Assembly (NCBI GenBank): GCA_963842525.1
Contig: CAWJGT010000003.1
Location: 832,001 to 896,000 of the forward strand
Direction of reading: 5' to 3'
From: an uncultured Holophagales bacterium
GTDB taxonomy: Bacteria > Acidobacteriota > Thermoanaerobaculia > Multivoradales > UBA5704
Length of the DNA: 64,000 bases
Shown here: in pieces, positions 63,444-64,000 of the stretch
Numbering within the stretch: position 1 is the first letter of the stretch
Layout of the letters: each line of letters opens with the position of its first letter
Translations under genes and position numbers: made by a program
Notes under the pieces: model-generated
The model's input: only the letters and a program-made list of their open reading frames with translations
The model's database searches: none
Told to the model about the DNA's origin: nothing

Positions 63444-64000
63444 ATGACGCTGAAAGGGGGTTTCCTGGCGACCGTTCTGTTGGCGTCGTCACTTGTCTCC
63501 CCCATACTCAACGCCCAACTCGCCCCTCCGCCTCTCCTTCCCGAGCCTAGTCGTCCGAGCCCTGGCCTCCGAGCTGTCGGGCACCGAGGCGCGGCGGACG
63601 GTGCAGGAGCTGACGCTCTTCCACCGGATGCGTGGCTCGCAAGGTTTCCGCGCTGCGGCCGAGAGCGTGCGCGACCGGCTGCGGCAATACGGCCTTCCGA
63701 ACGTCGAGCTCCTCGAGCTGCCTGCGGATGGAAAGATTTTCTACGGCACCCAGCGGTCGCGGCCGGCCTGGGATGCCGAATTCGCCGAGCTCTGGGAGCA
63801 GGCGCAGGGAGAGAACGGGACCTGGGCCGATGCGCGGCGCGTCGCCTCGTGGGATACACGGCCGGTCACCCTGGCGCAGGACAGCGCGAGCGGCGAGGCC
63901 GCGGCGGAGCTGTCGACGTCGGCGCCGGCACGACGGAAAAGGATTATGAAGGGAAGGACGTCCGGGGAAAGCTGGTCCTGACTTCGTCCCAGCCTGAAGC
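63444..64000 (+). CDS. Secreted DUF4910/M28 peptidase-like protein (partial, frameshifted)
   Basis: Signal peptide then ELSG..A...V......HR..GS.GF pattern; runs off the window. Confidence 0.6.
   Translation, partial: MTLKGGFLATVLLASSLVSPILNAQLAPPPLLPEPSRPSPGLRAVGHRGAADGAGADALPPDAWLARFPRCGRERARPAAAIRPSERRAPRAACGWKDFLRHPAVAAGLGCRIRRALGAGAGRERDLGRCAARRLVGYTAGHPGAGQRERRGRGGAVDVGAGTTEKDYEGKDVRGKLVLTSSQPE

Overview
GC-rich bacterial window, most consistent with Acidobacteriota (Thermoanaerobaculia-like); this is inferred from the ADOP-type permease, the TPR-CHAT/ECF/anti-sigma loci and REP-like palindromes. Housekeeping and metabolic genes (trxB, sdaA, ferritin, kynA, AAA+/VWA pair, PA0069-type radical SAM) alternate with accessory modules. 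About 15 genes carry single-base frameshifts, probably sequencing/assembly indels. Most notable: (1) an AT-richer inserted gene encoding a TIR-like + unknown + YbaK-like fusion, split by one in-frame TGA and lying between two reciprocally decayed copies of a cupin-coxM-coxS-amidase block; (2) a catabolic cluster (MatB-like ligase, Mo-hydroxylase subunits, malonamidase-like amidase, FdrA/DUF1116, cyclase, NCS1 permease) that fits a hypothetical oxidative uracil -> barbiturate -> ureidomalonate -> malonamate -> malonate route; (3) a lanthipeptide-like locus with a precursor and two LanC cyclases but no dehydratase, plus a paralogous precursor 27 kb away with a co-linear CFDTC core; (4) candidate defence or proteolytic signalling modules (NACHT + C-terminal nuclease, TOPRIM + minimal caspase-fold protein, unknown + TIR, two CHAT operons). 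No rRNA, tRNA or CRISPR array was recognised. All family calls come from motif recognition by eye, not from database searches.
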